DNA of 5,929 nucleotides from a virus (Duplodnaviria; Heunggongvirae; Uroviricota; Caudoviricetes): IMG/VR virus record IMGVR_UViG_2690316115_000016; one strand, 5' to 3'. Shown piece by piece: positions 5,799 to 5,929 of this stretch (position 1 is its first letter; each line of letters starts with the position of its first letter). The notes under the pieces were generated by a model. It saw only the letters and a program-made list of their open reading frames with translations, ran no database searches and was not told where the DNA came from. The position numbers and the translations under genes were made by a program.

Positions 5799-5823
5799 GC
5801 CAGCTCAATCGCTGGCCTTTTTT
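5799..5823 (+). terminator. Intrinsic terminator after Rz
   Basis: Stem GCCAGC (5799-5804) / GCTGGC (5811-5816), 6-nt loop, then CTTTTTT (5817-5823), 5 bp after the Rz stop. Confidence 0.55.
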
Positions 5824-5829
5824 ATGAGG

Positions 5830-5929
5830 TGAACCGCCCCGGGAATCCTGGAGACTAAACTTCCTGAGAAAGAGGTAAACAGGATGACTAAAAATACTCG
5901 TTTTTCCCCTGAAGTCCGTCAACGGGCAG
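5830..5929 (+). mobile_element. Left end of an IS629/IS1203-like insertion sequence (IS3 family), continuing past the window end
   Basis: TGAACCGCCCCGGGAATCCTGGAGACTAAAC begins at 5830 and matches the IS629 terminal repeat as I recall it, followed by the orfA start. The element abuts the Rz terminator. Confidence 0.7.
5884..5929 (+). CDS. IS629/IS1203-type transposase OrfA, N-terminal fragment (truncated by the window end)
   Basis: ATG 5884 translates as MTKNTRFSPEVRQRA, the N-terminus of IS629-group OrfA. AGAGG lies upstream. Confidence 0.8.
   Translation, partial: MTKNTRFSPEVRQRA

Noticed and set aside
1..5929. CRISPR array or other regularly spaced direct repeats
   Set aside because: No repeat-spacer periodicity is visible. 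The hairpins found are isolated inverted repeats.

Overview
This window is the late-gene and lysis region of a lambdoid prophage from an enterobacterium (E. coli/Shigella-like), bracketed by two IS3-family insertion sequences. Read left to right on the + strand: the 5' end of an IS transposase orfA (minus strand) inserted into the 3' part of the gene upstream of ninH; ninH; antiterminator Q overlapping ninH; a candidate late promoter (pR'-like) with two tandem intrinsic terminators; about 480 bp of structured non-coding DNA; an intact 636-aa NanS-p-type sialate O-acetylesterase; two small uncharacterised ORFs; an S21-type pinholin; a SAR endolysin; a 335-bp gap with a terminator and a 37-codon hydrophobic ORF; Rz with embedded Rz1; a terminator; and the left end of an IS629/IS1203-like element. 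No tRNA, stx gene or CRISPR array was seen. Nothing here is a clearly novel system. The points most worth a second look are the non-coding Q-to-nanS-p interval (possible small RNAs at the position of tRNA/stx in Stx phages), the two small ORFs upstream of the holin, and the R-Rz gap. All homology calls are from reading the translations and memory, not from database searches.
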